Below, piece after piece: positions 40,413-52,314 of a DNA stretch of 64,000 nt; position 1 is the first letter of the stretch; each line of letters starts with the position of its first letter. The position numbers and the translations under genes were made by a program. Source of the DNA: Eledone cirrhosa. Lineage: Eukaryota. The notes beneath the pieces were generated by a model. It was not told the origin of the DNA and searched no databases. It worked only from the letters and a program-made list of their open reading frames with translations. The stretch is from assembly GCA_964016885.1 (NCBI GenBank), contig OZ024740.1, positions 60,078,001 to 60,142,000 of the forward strand. The letters run 5' to 3'.

Positions 40413-42495
40413 CTATCCGTTAGGGTATAATGTGGGGCTGTAATACAGGAATGTTTTGTGCAATTTATGTTTACAAGCCGAAATTGCCTCAAAACTTTTG
40501 TTTAAGATGTCGTCTGTGGCGTAGAGTATTTCGAGGGCCTCAGCGGCGCAGAGGGAACATGGTCTTTTATTTCCATAATACGATCTAGCCCTAGCTAGGA
40601 TCTCCCAATGTAACTTATATTGGGTGTGGTTGTCTTTTAGACTCCAGATATAAGCTGAAAGTAACGTCATATTCCTTCTTGGAGGGTTAAAAAAAGAATG
40701 GGCATGCATGTAAAGACGCTGCTTGAATCTATTGGCGGTTAATCCTATCTAGGCCCTACGGGACGTGGGTGTTTCAACCTTACATTTGTAGACAATGTTA
40801 CTAGAGAGGCATTTCCCGGATAGGGGGCAGTCTACCCGATTCCTACAATTACAGTTAGTACTAACTACAGGGTTGCACGTGTTCCTATGGCTAGGTAATT
40901 TAGCTAAATTTGAAGCTTTTATGTTATGTGCAAGGTTAGGAGTCGTAGAGTAAGAAATTTTAATGGTATTTCTATTAAAAATGTTACTATATTTATGTGC
41001 TGGAGGGGAAATGCTTCATAATAAGGGAGAGAAAGATCTTAGCTAATGGTGTGGCCACCTCCATATTATATGGTGGGTTATACCATATAATGCGTCGGGA
41101 TCTATTTCTTCTAGGTCTATTCTCGTATTCTGTATATGCTACCTTATCGACAAATCCACCCCGAGCAAGAGCTTCATTGTAATATGTGGAATGGTCGTTG
41201 AAAATATGCTCCTTAGTAGATAGACGGGAAAGCCTCAAAGAAACGATTTTTACCAGGTTCCTGGTTATGCTGGCAGGATGGTTAGAATGCTTACTTATGT
41301 AATTAAGCGTATCATTCGGCTTTCTATACGGGTAATACAAGCCATTCGATAAATTGAGGGTAACGTCGAGGTAATTAACGACCGAGAGGTTGGCCTCAAC
41401 CTGTATAGAGAGGTTGAAGCCTTTAAAGAAGGCTGTGAGTTCTTTTCTGAACCTGTCGCAAGCACGAGGGCCGCACTTAGTCATGGTCAAAAGACCATAA
41501 TCACGGTACAAACCACCGCCCGCGTTTGAGAATTCGTCCTAGATAGAGAAAAGAAGGAAAGGGCCGATAAGATGAGTAACCTCCGCAGAATCGCTGGCGC
41601 CCATACTCACGTCGAATGGGGTACTATTGGATTTTTTAATCCAAATAGAGTCGTCGAAATTAATAACCGACTTACGGGCATTGAGGATGACATCAACTTC
41701 GAAATCCTTAACCACTGTGCGTGTTTTAGCGAAATTGATAGCTCTAAGGAGAAGTGGTAAAGTGATGGAGGAGTAGTAATTATTGATGTCGAATTGGATA
41801 AAACCGCAATGTTCCTTGTTGCATATGCCGTTGAACCAATCAATCACCGCTAAAGAATTGTTCCACAGTGCAAGAGGGGCCAAACTTCTAATTTCAGGTA
41901 TAATTCTATCAAGAATCCTTTTACTAAGTCTACCTAAATCGGACTTCGTAGTGTTAATAAGCCTAATAGAGGGGTTGTTCGGAAAATTGGATTTATGATC
42001 CTTCAGGGTAAAGTGGGGAGAAATAGGGTCCAGAGGTTCGGTCCGGTCCAGGATGTTGAGATCAGAGGTGATTTTAAACCCAGCATCGTTGATTTCATTG
42101 ATGACGCACCGATTAGTTTTACGGTAATCCTTAGTTACAGCATTATGTAGCAGTTGATGGTAAGTACTGGGATTCAATTGATATAGGTTGCCTGTTTTGT
42201 CGGAATGGACGTTCACGGCATTAGAATCCTTAATAGAACGAATTCTATTCTTCAGGTCCTGATGGAAGGAATTGCTCCTATTCTGAAATTTGATACTCCG
42301 TATGAGTTCCAAGACATCATTTTCGAAGGGTAGCAATGCTGGGTTACACGGAGGGTTATTATAGGTTTTAAACCCAAATTTATCCTGTTTGTTGTCTGCT
42401 TTTCGCGGATTATCGAAATAAAAGGCACGCCAACGCAACCTTTTAATGAACGCATCTGTTTTCTGTATCAGGAGTTTTAGGTATGTTTTGTTGCT
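40413..42495 (-). pseudogene. Naiad-type RT-GIY-YIG polyprotein, disabled (stop at 41539, frameshifts, YRDY)
   Basis: FIKRLRWRAF, SDKTGNLY, TLKDHK, RLINTTKSDLG, FIQFDINNYY, WYNPPY, CSLC, CKH. Confidence 0.92.
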
Positions 42496-43153
42496 TTTGA
42501 CGTATGTCTCCGAACATTTGTGTATTTACATGTAGGTATGTGTGTGCGCTTGTTATATACGTATTTATTTATTTATATACGTTTATTTAATTATTTATTT
42601 ATTTGTATACACGCACACACACACACACATATTTATATCTGCGTGGTTTTGTATACCTATGGCGAGTGTTTTCGCGTATGCTTGTGTATGTACGTACTGG
42701 ACGCGTGTATGTATTTATTTCATTTCAATTACCTCTGTATTGTATTTTATTTACTTTATTCTTAGCTCTAAAGCGGAGAATCATTCGGTTTCTTAATTAG
42801 AATTTTAGTCTACGACTTCAGCTATACCATTTACGTGGTTTTGTCTCTGCGTGCAATTGTTCTCCACGCCCACATATGACGTATTATCTTCGTTTTTTTC
42901 CGTTCATTGCCAGAGAACGTCTCTATGAACCACCTAAGAGAACATTAGCCTACGACTTCTTTTATACCATAAACGTGGTCCTGTCTTTGCGTGTAAATGT
43001 TTTTCACCGCTCCTATTAATGACGTATAATATTCGTTTTTCCCCGTTCTTTGCTAAGGAACGTTTCCACGAACCAATGTATCGTCTTCTTGTCTTCCTCC
43101 GGTTGCAACGTTTTTTGAAATATCCACTTTTGCGTTTACAAATTGACTTCGTT

Positions 43154-43204
43154 AGTTCCAGAAGATCCCGTTAAGGGTGAAAGCAGCGATTCTTTGCTTA
43201 AACT
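43154..43204 (+). ncRNA. Variant hammerhead ribozyme (Naiad A pLTR)
   Basis: Same motif as 34934-34984 with one stem I mismatch. Confidence 0.55.
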
Positions 43205-43232
43205 TTAATTTGTTATTTTAATAAATAAATAA

Positions 43233-43302
<70 letters not shown>

Positions 43303-43306
<4 letters not shown>

Positions 43307-43438
43307 TTAATATAGATGAGATTCTTGAATGAAACAGTTCTAGTCCTGTAGAATCTCATCTATATTAAAACTTTTATACTCTGCTATGTATTGAGTACCT
43401 TACTTACTGTGGTTACCTCCGATTCAACCCGGAATAAC

Positions 43439-43439
<1 letters not shown>
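43303..43439 (+). mobile_element. Penelope-like pLTR relic with fold-back, between (TA)n tracts
   Basis: 23-bp inverted arms; GAAACAG..CTGTA half hammerhead; GTATTGAGTAC motif. Confidence 0.55.
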
Positions 43440-43468
<29 letters not shown>

Positions 43469-43472
<4 letters not shown>

Positions 43473-44118
43473 GGAAAAAATGAAACAAAATTTCATTTCC
43501 CACTCTTAGTACGGCTGTTACTTAACTATAAGTATGTACACGTACATACATATATGTATACAGACGTACAGTAGTATGTATATATATATATATACATACA
43601 TGCACACATATATATATATGTACGTGTGGATTCACCGAACATTTATTATAATGCTCGGTGTGTTTGTAAACAAACATCCCGTATTAAGCCGTAGTGTCTA
43701 GCAACCATCGTTGCTCGTTTGTTCAACAGTGACAAAGGAACGCTGTACTAGTTTCAAGCTTATTAGCTATCGTCAGCAACGTATACTTTCCTGCCAGATT
43801 GTTGAACGTATATACTTACCTTATGCATATTAACGGCTGAGTAGCCCAATTTGCATATCGAGTTGGTTAATCGGCCGGGTGCACCGAAAACGATAAACGG
43901 AAAAAATGAAACGAAATTTCATTTCCCACTCTTAGTACGGCTGTTACTTAACTATAAGTATGTACACGTACATACATATATGTATACAGACGTACAGTAG
44001 TATGTATATATATATATACATACATGCACACATATATATGTACGTATGGATTCACCGAACATTTATTATAATGCTCGGTGTGTTTGTAAACAAACATCCC
44101 GTATTAAACCGTAGTGTC
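43469..44118 (-). mobile_element. Non-coding hammerhead-bearing repeat, 1.5 head-to-tail units (period ~426 bp); retrozyme-like
   Basis: ACGGAAAAAATGAAAC at 43471 and 43897; intact hammerhead inside. Confidence 0.75.
43740..43782 (-). ncRNA. Minimal type I hammerhead ribozyme
   Basis: ACGTTG-CTGACGA-TAGC TAATAA GCTT-GAAA-CTAGTA-CAGCGT; canonical core, GUA site. Confidence 0.85.
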
Positions 44119-44153
44119 TGTTATTTTAATAAATATATATATATATATATATA

Positions 44154-44236
44154 GTAATAATAATAAATTTGAAGACTAAAATCCAAAGAGGGCTCGATAA
44201 GGATAAATATATATCAAATATATAAGAACCGTAGAG

Positions 44237-44240
<4 letters not shown>
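44154..44240 (-). mobile_element. Isolated Naiad A terminal fragment between (TA)n tracts
   Basis: Near-identical to 32443-32530. Confidence 0.85.
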
Positions 44241-44301
<61 letters not shown>

Positions 44302-44352
44302 GAAAAAGTGGAGAATAACATGGTCAACAGTACAAAAAAGGGGATTTATTTG

Positions 44353-44460
44353 CAGTCTAACAATTGTTTCACTGATAGAGTTGTCTAAAAATGCTGAACA
44401 CTAAAGCAGTGCCACTCAATTTTAAATACGATGTTAACTCTATTAGATCATCGGAAACTG
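44353..44460 (-). ncRNA. Type I hammerhead ribozyme with long stem II loop
   Basis: Stem I CAGTTT/AGACTG; core CCGATGA; stem II CTAATAGAGTT/AACTCTATCAG; GAAA-CAATTGTT. Confidence 0.65.
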
Positions 44461-44510
44461 TTAAAAAAATATATGTAACCGGAAAATTTACAAATTCAAA
44501 TTACATCATC

Positions 44511-44708
44511 AATAATAATTGTTTTTACTTTTGGCACAAGGCCAGCAATTATCCAGTGCATTACTGGTACTTTATTTTATCGACCCCATAAGGACGAAAG
44601 GCAAAGTTAACCTCGGCGGGATTTGAACTCAGAATGGCAAGAGCCGTAACTCAATGCGTCAAAGCATGGCGTCCGACCCTCTACCGATACTGCCAATCCA
44701 CCACCCTT
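44511..44708 (-). mobile_element. SINE A
   Basis: Consensus motifs. Confidence 0.9.
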
Positions 44709-45603
44709 ACGTCATCAATAATAATATTAATAATAAAGATATAGAGAGAAAAGGAGAAAAGGACGAAGAAAGGGAGATAGATACAGTAAAGAAAGGAAGG
44801 AAAGGAAGGAGAAAGAAGAAGAAAAATGAAAGAAGAAGAAAAGGAGAAATTATTATAGATAGAAATATAAAGAGAGGAAGATATATAGAAGATGATGGTA
44901 GATAGAGGAGAGACAAACATAAGTAAAAATTCCGTAGGATAGAAAAAAGAATAGAGGGACAAATAGATGAATAAACGTTAATACATGAATAAATGTAAAT
45001 AAAAATAAAAATAGATATATAAAAAATATATGAAAAAATATATAAAAAAGATATAAAAATTGATAAATAAATAAATAAATAAGTTATATTTAATGTGATA
45101 TAAAATGGTATAAAATGTGAAAAATAAAGGAAATAAAAAATTTTAAAAATAAAAATAAAAAAAATAAATAAATACGTAAAAGGAGTAAAAAGAGTAAAAA
45201 TGTGCGAAGAATATTTAAACATATTAAAATTATTGATAATGGTTTTTAAGAATTGTTGAAATATATGGAGAGATAATGAGAATATGATAATGTTAAATAT
45301 ATTTATGTGTATTGGTTATTTTAATAAATAAATTAATTAATTAGTTTTAAGTTATATTATATGATAAAATAAAATGACAGAGAAGAAATAAATTTAGGGA
45401 GAGAAATATAAAGATAAAGAGTGAAAGATAGAGATATATAAAATAAGAATGTAAATATAAGAGGTTTTGATGTTGTTCTTTGATAGATGATGACAATTAT
45501 AATTATAATTATAATTATAATTATAATGATGATGATGTTGATAATGTGATATCATAATAGATCCAAGTGGCAGAATCTGGGTTATGGAATAGATAAGATG
45601 GAA

Positions 45604-46100
45604 TTAAGCTGGTCTAAAGTTCTCAAATTTAGTCGCCGATTTATGTCGACAAAAAATGTTTTTTTCAATTTTACTGTTAAGAAGGATCTTGTAATTTAAA
45701 ATTTGGAAAAGTTCCATATTACAGAGACTACAGTGGGACATACCAATCTAATAGGCCTTTGCTTTTAATAGCTTTGTCCAGTTGATTTTACATTCCATGT
45801 TTGCATGTTTAAGTTGCCAGATTTTATTGGCGAGAGTTGTTGTCTTTGAAAGATTCCTCTTAGTCATAGAGTGTCTATGTACGTACCACCTTTTCTTAAA
45901 CTCCCCAGCTGTGGAACCAATGTAATGCCATGCTAAGATACCTGAATTTATAGTACATAGGTATACTATATTTGTCTCTAGGCATCTATTTTGTAATGGG
46001 CATTTGTCAGGTAGATGGCAGTTACATTTAAATGCTTTTCTATGCGCCGGTTCTTCTATATGGTTTTGTAGGTTGCTATGTATGGGCTGAGAATTGGGTT
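45604..46100 (-). pseudogene. Naiad-type GIY-YIG endonuclease domain (not in ORF track)
   Basis: CNCHLPDKCPLQNRCLETNIVYLC..YIGSTAGEFKKRWYVH..IWQLK..INW..AKAY*IGMSHCSLC..LLNSK..CRHK; one TAG at 45748-45750. Confidence 0.88.
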
Positions 46101-46311
46101 TGTTGATGTATTGTGGTGATGTGCTCTGACGTGTGTTTGGTAGTGATGATGTTATATGCTTATGTTTTGTATTAGGTGTTATGGTACTTATTTGCGGGCC
46201 ACTTGTATTATAAATTCTTTTATAGTTAATTTTATGTATGTGCGACTCTATATATATATATATATATATATTCTATATATATATATATACTATATATATA
46301 TATATATATAT

Positions 46312-46352
<41 letters not shown>

Positions 46353-46379
<27 letters not shown>

Positions 46380-47008
46380 ATAGAATGAAACGAAATTTCA
46401 TTTCTCACTCTTAGTACGGCACTTACTTAAATGTATGTATGTATGTATACGTACATACATATATGTATACAGACGTACAGTAGTATGTATATATATATAC
46501 ATACATGCACACATATATATATATGCACGTATCGGTTTACCGACCATTTATTATAATGCTCGGTTTGTTTGTTTGTAAACAAACAAACAGCCCGAATTAC
46601 ACCGTACAGTGTTTAGGCAACCACGTCACGTTTTTGTTCAACACTGACACAGGAACGATGTACTAGTTTCAAGCTTATTAGCTATCGTCAGCATCGTATA
46701 CCTTCCTGCCAGATGGTTGAACGTCTGAAAGTATATACTTTCCTTATGCATATTAACAGCTGAGCAGCCTAATTTGCATATCGAGTGAGTTCGGGCTGTT
46801 TGTTTCTTTACAAACCAACAAACCGAGCATTATAATAAATGTTCGGTAAACTGATACGTGCATATATATATGTGTGCATGTATGTATATATATATACATA
46901 CTACTGTACGTCTGTATACATATATGTATGTACGTATGCATACATACATACTTACATTTAAGTAACTGCCGTACTAAGAGTGAGAAATGAAATTTCGTTT
47001 CATTCTAT

Positions 47009-47032
<24 letters not shown>
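46353..47032 (-). mobile_element. Second copy of the hammerhead repeat, with tail-to-tail inversion
   Basis: 46381-46790 homologous to 43469-43870; ~46793-47032 is an inverted copy of ~46353-46593 including (GA)n/(TC)n. Confidence 0.8.
46655..46697 (-). ncRNA. Minimal type I hammerhead ribozyme
   Basis: ACGATG-CTGACGA-TAGC TAATAA GCTT-GAAA-CTAGTA-CATCGT; perfect 6-bp stem I. Confidence 0.88.
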
Positions 47033-47092
<60 letters not shown>

Positions 47093-47825
47093 TGTATTGA
47101 GAAAATTTACTAGATAGCAAAATAGCTTATTTGTAGAACAACATATGGAAATGTCGGCAAGTTATCATCAGTCAGTGTCGCAGTTAATACATAGAAACAC
47201 ATGTAAGGTGGAGCGGCACATGAAGTAGATAGATAGAAGGAAAACAGTCACCCTTCTGTGTAACTCCTATTATAATATTCTTCGTGCTTTATTTTTTGGA
47301 AGAGTGTGGTGGGGACTAAATTTCGGCAGTAATTGGAAGCAAGCTATTTTCAGAACGAGGGGCTAAAATGAGTTAGAAACGATAGAAATGAGAGACGACA
47401 GGAGAAAAAAGAGAAAAGTAATGAAAACAAAAGTTAAAAGCGAAATATAGTCAGAAGGACGATAGAAACGGTCAATGATTAAATAGGCTAGGAATGACAG
47501 GCAGCAAAGTAAAATGTGTTGTAGACATGAAAGGGAAAGGAAAGAAATATTTAGTTTCAAAGAAGTAGAGCGTTAGACCTCCATCAAATACATATGTATG
47601 CAGCCATGACTGTCAGAGGGCGTTACGGAATGTTGTCTCTGAATAAATAGTTGTCAGTTAACTGCGATCATTTTATGTAATAGAGTTTTTATTGTCTCAT
47701 TTTATTTCTTTATTTTCTTTTTTCTGTTATAAACTTTAAACGAAGTAGAAGTTTATGTTTTGAACAAGATAAGTTTACAATCACACTCGGAACCCTTTAT
47801 GCGGTCGGTTGCTTAACCAGCTAGA

Positions 47826-48077
47826 AATAACAATGAAATCTTCCACAAATCATACCCTAAAAGGACATATTGTATAATCTAGTCCTAGGTTATCTGCGCA
47901 TAATAAAAAAACATCAGATGAACACGGCTGGAATGATTTTGATCATAGGACTGCTCGAGCAAGAACATTCCAGCCGTGCTCATCTGATCTTTTTTTTATT
48001 ATGCACAGATAACCTAGGATCACATTATCCAATATGTCCTTTTAGGGTATGATTTGTGGGAAATTTGGTTGTTATTA
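47826..48077. repeat. Fold-back of a dispersed short repeat, ~110-bp inverted arms
   Basis: CAAATCATACCCTAAAAGGACATATTG mirrored by CAATATGTCCTTTTAGGGTATGATTTG. Confidence 0.8.
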
Positions 48078-48969
48078 ACAACTACTACTGATTCTATGAA
48101 GTCTTTTCTTTTTAAATATCTTTTATTAAATGTGAATCTTAAGAACATTTTACGTCGTTAAATTTAGTCTTAGGAACTTATCAAAGAAACTTAAACGATA
48201 TTTGTAAAATATTTTCTCTATTTCTAGTTTGAACCATTTCACTTCAGGTGCACCCTTAATGCCTTTCTGAAAGACGTGCACTTTACAACGCCATAAACCT
48301 TGGTTATAAAGTCTGAGGCTGTGTGTATGTATTAAGGAGCCGATAAAAAATAAGGATAATAATAATAATAAAGAAACAGAAAATTAACAAACTATTTGTC
48401 AATGATACCCCAAAGCTGTCGCTTATATCATCAAGCTGTACCTACTAAACTGTATCTAATTTCACTTGGAAGATTGTCTGGCTCGTTTTAAATTTTCTCT
48501 TTTTTATTCGCAGCATGATCGCTGAGATTTATAATTCACTTTGAATAGCTAAACCTCGACGGCTGCAGTGTAATAACTATGGTAAGATTTTAATTCCTTA
48601 CCTGTGTTATTTTATTCCCATTTACATCATTAAAACTTATCAGAAAGTTATTACAATTCTAAGGTCTTATAAAAAAGAAAGCAGTCCGGTTCATAACGTT
48701 TTTCGATGCCGAGATTCTAATATCATTCTCACACCTCTTTATCCGGTGCTTTAAAAAATATCAAGAATACCAATAAATCTATTTAATACCATAGATGATG
48801 TTGATGTTACTCAATTAACCTTAAGATGCATGGCATCTTGGTGCTGAAAGCTATCCAGATGCCACATTGAGTAGCCAACTAATTTTGAATGTTGTATAAA
48901 TCAGCAAGAAATTGAAAAAAAGTATATAACCTCCTCTTCACGCACTCCTGCGGATTGCTTTCACCTAAA

Positions 48970-49745
48970 GTTATTTCTGACATTTGGCACAAGGCCAGCA
49001 AATTGGGATAGAGAACAGTCTATTATATCAACCCCAGTATATAACTCGCATTGATTTTTATTTTTTATTAAATTTATTGAACAAAAGTTATACAATGAGG
49101 AAAATATTAAAAAAGGATAAAAACAAAATTAAGAAATGAAAAAAAGAGGGCGAAAGGAGGAGAGGTAAAGAAGAGCATATATGGCTACATAGGGAAGTAA
49201 AGGAAAGGACAATAAATGTCACAGATGAGAGAAAAGGGAGGGGAAGAGCAAGGACTATTAGGCAACGGAAGAAAGAAAGGGTGAGGGGGAGAGGTGATAG
49301 ACTCTATACCTAAGTCAGAGCGGTGTTTTGGCTACACCCCTCGCACAAAATTGCAAAAATATTTTCGCAGACAATGGCCAACAACACCTGCTGTAACAGC
49401 CATCACATCTCGTGGGGTTCCTTCCTCAGACTGGCTGCTGTCGTTCCGATTTTGCGGAGAAGCACGGCTGTACAGGATCCGAGGACACCTGAGGTCTCAA
49501 CGGTGACTGGTACAAAGAGGAAGCGGCCGAATAAGCCTCGGTATTTACTTATTTCTCTGTCCTCTGTATTGCGGCACCGCGGTACCGGGGTTTGTGGCCG
49601 AAGCGATTAAGTTTGAGGCGTATCGACAATGGAATGAAAGGCAAAGTTGACTTCAGCGGGATTTAAACTCAGAATGTACAAAGTAGTAACTAAATGCCGC
49701 AAAGTATTTTGTCCAACGTTCTGCTGACATTGCCAATCCACTGCA
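48970..49745 (-). mobile_element. SINE A split by a CRE-like insertion
   Basis: Tail half at 48970-49055; head half at 49622-49745. Confidence 0.7.
49056..49625 (-). mobile_element. CRE-like non-LTR 3' end with 3' UTR and A-rich tail
   Basis: NLIASATNPGT..EDREISKYRGL..FVPVTVETSGVLG..EPHEM*WLLQ. Confidence 0.8.
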
Positions 49746-50049
49746 CACAATATTAAGAAGAATTGTTATAAGAAATAAATGCTTCTGAAAGAGAAAACCT
49801 ATAGTTTGTTAGGAGAAAAAAAGAAACAATCTACAAAGTCTGGTTCCTTATGTTAATGTTAATGTTGTTTAGCACAGAGTCAGCTTCAATGGAGCAGACC
49901 AAAGTCATCTCAGTCGTGAACATCTTATCTTTCTTTAACATATAGTGTATCTAACACTACATTATTTTATGTATCGTTTTAAGAACTACGTAGCTGCCAT
50001 TTTTATCAGGTCAAGCGATCATGTAGAGACCTTTTTATCGGCTTGATGT

Positions 50050-50370
50050 ATGCGTGCATGGCCCCATAACTCCTGAAACGCATACGGTGTTTCAGGGGCA
50101 TTTTTAAAGCCTGGCGGAGACCATCTCCTATCCAGGTCTGAACACAGCAGATTTCTTCCAGAGAAGGAAAGTGAGAGTGAAAAAATGGAAGTGAGAAAGC
50201 GACACAGAGGAAGAATCGACTTCAATGTTTGACTGGTACTTTTTATCAACGTCGAATGGATGAAAGGTAAAGTTGACCTCGACAGGATTTAAACTCAAAG
50301 AAAAGAGAGTCGGAACGAATACCATAAAGCATTGTATCTAGTGTTCTAACGACTCTGCCAATTCGCCACT
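50050..50370 (-). mobile_element. SINE A long-tail variant
   Basis: Matches 27520-27800. Confidence 0.65.
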
Positions 50371-51897
50371 CCGGTTGTATAGTAGAACGTTTAATCGGGA
50401 GTGTCACCGATTTTCAGTTCATTAATGAAATCAGAGAGGTTATGGTTCTTTTAGCTGCATTGTACTAAATGTACTCGTTTGCTCTGTTCCAATAAAATAT
50501 ATATCAACTACCATGCACATACGATAGATGATATATTCTGCCATACTTATAAAGACATCACAGTAAATACGAACTCACAGCAAAAAACTACTAAACAAAA
50601 AATAAGTTTCGTGAATTTTGGTCTTTTTTTAATTTTATTTTATCATATATCTTTTGTTTTAAAGCAGTGAGACAACAGTGCAATTCTTAATTTACTCGTT
50701 GTTGTAATCAGTTTCGTGAGCATGGCTTAATCGTATAAACAATCGCTGAAGACAAAATAAAAGAACACAGGCAAACGAATTAATTGCATGACAAGACGTC
50801 ATCATACTTCAGTTAGCAAGGAAAGATTCTAAAATAGATTTATCATGTATTTACACTAAGACTTGAAAGAAATGCAAACGAAACAGAATAATAAACATAA
50901 GTAAAAGTACATGTGTAGAAAAGGAAAACAACAATAACAAGAAAATGCTTTGGCGTTGGAAAATTGTTTATGTTAGTGATGAATCAAGAAATAAGATTAC
51001 ATGGGAAATAAGATTTAATCGGAAGAAAAAAATACGATAGAAATGTTAGCTAACAAATCTCTACTTATTGACACACTTTAGTATAGAAACTGCGAAGCGT
51101 GAATTTCTAAATTATTTCCTAAATTTAACGCTAAATACGATGAACCCCCGCCCAACCAATGCGGTAAGTATCCTTTCGATCTACTAGAAATAGCAGCCAA
51201 AACTCCCTCAAATCTTACCTAAAAGATAAACTACATAATGTAGCCTGGGTAACATTGCTTTTCCCCCACTAGTTTCAGGAAGTAAATAGCAGCCATATTA
51301 AAGCATCACCTGTAAGAGGTTTCCTTGATCATATCGACCCTGCTATTTATTATACACTTCTACTTTATTTGATCGATATCTCTTAATCGAATAGCTGTTA
51401 TCTTTAACGTAATGAGACGCAATATGATGCACGGTTTTTTTACACTGGTATACACAAGCAAATGTATGTGTATATATATATATATATGTGTGTCCCTTGG
51501 ACAACATCGTGGCGTGGAGAGGGGTGACTAGTATGCATGGGCGACTGCTGGTCTTCCACAAACAAAACTTGCTCAGCTTGTGCCTCGGAGGGAAACTTTC
51601 TAGGTGTAAAACCATTGTCATTAGTGATCGATGGGGGCATTAATATATATATTATTTAAAATATATACCAACTAAGTATATGTTTCATGATGCTTGCCGA
51701 TTAATCGTAGCAGATCAATCTCGTGTGCACAATCAATCTTTAGCTTTTATGAAAAGATATTCATGCTTCCGGGGTCTTGTTTACATCCAGTAGTGAAGCA
51801 CTTTGAAAAAGTACTACGAATAATCGGTTACCGACGAAAACATATGTTCCGTTGCCAAGTAATATAAAGTACCTCTGTTTACATATCGAGGGCGCAT

Positions 51898-52263
51898 TAT
51901 TGGCAGTATCGGTTGAGGGTCGGACGCCATGCTTTGCAGCACAGTTACGTCCCTTTACGGACTGAGTTCAAATCCCGCCGAGGTTAACTTTGCCTTTCAT
52001 CCTTACGGGGTCGATAAAATAAAGTACCAGTAATGCACTGAATAATTGGTGGCCTTGTGCCAAAAGTAGAAACAATTATTGGCAGTATCGGTAGAGGGTC
52101 GGACACCATGCTTTGCAGCAAAGAGTTACGGCCCTTTATGGTCTGAATTCAAATCCCGGCGAGGTCAACTTTACCTCTCATCCTTATGGGGTCAATAAAA
52201 TAAAGTACCAGTAATACACTGGGATAATTGCTGGCCTTGTGCCAAAAGTAGAAACAATTATTT
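51898..52263 (+). mobile_element. SINE A head-to-tail dimer
   Basis: Two near-consensus copies. Confidence 0.92.
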
Positions 52264-52282
52264 TGAACTGTAATTATATATC

Positions 52283-52314
<32 letters not shown>

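Larger units (their letters stand above)
39603..43225 (-). mobile_element. Naiad-type PLE, family A, copy 2 (near-complete ORF, inverted 5' pLTR at ~42497-43225)
   Basis: ORF pieces at 40413-42495; 39603-40130 is an inverted repeat of ~42497-43024. Confidence 0.92.
44297..46247 (-). mobile_element. Naiad-type PLE, family B (5'-truncated; GIY-YIG, long AT-rich 3' UTR, hammerhead)
   Basis: Hand translation of 45604-46100; hammerhead at 44353-44460; (TA)n on both sides; SINE inserted at 44511-44708. Confidence 0.85.

Noticed and set aside
51898-51985. Functional tRNA genes
   Set aside because: A/B boxes lack a full cloverleaf and continue into SINE core and tail
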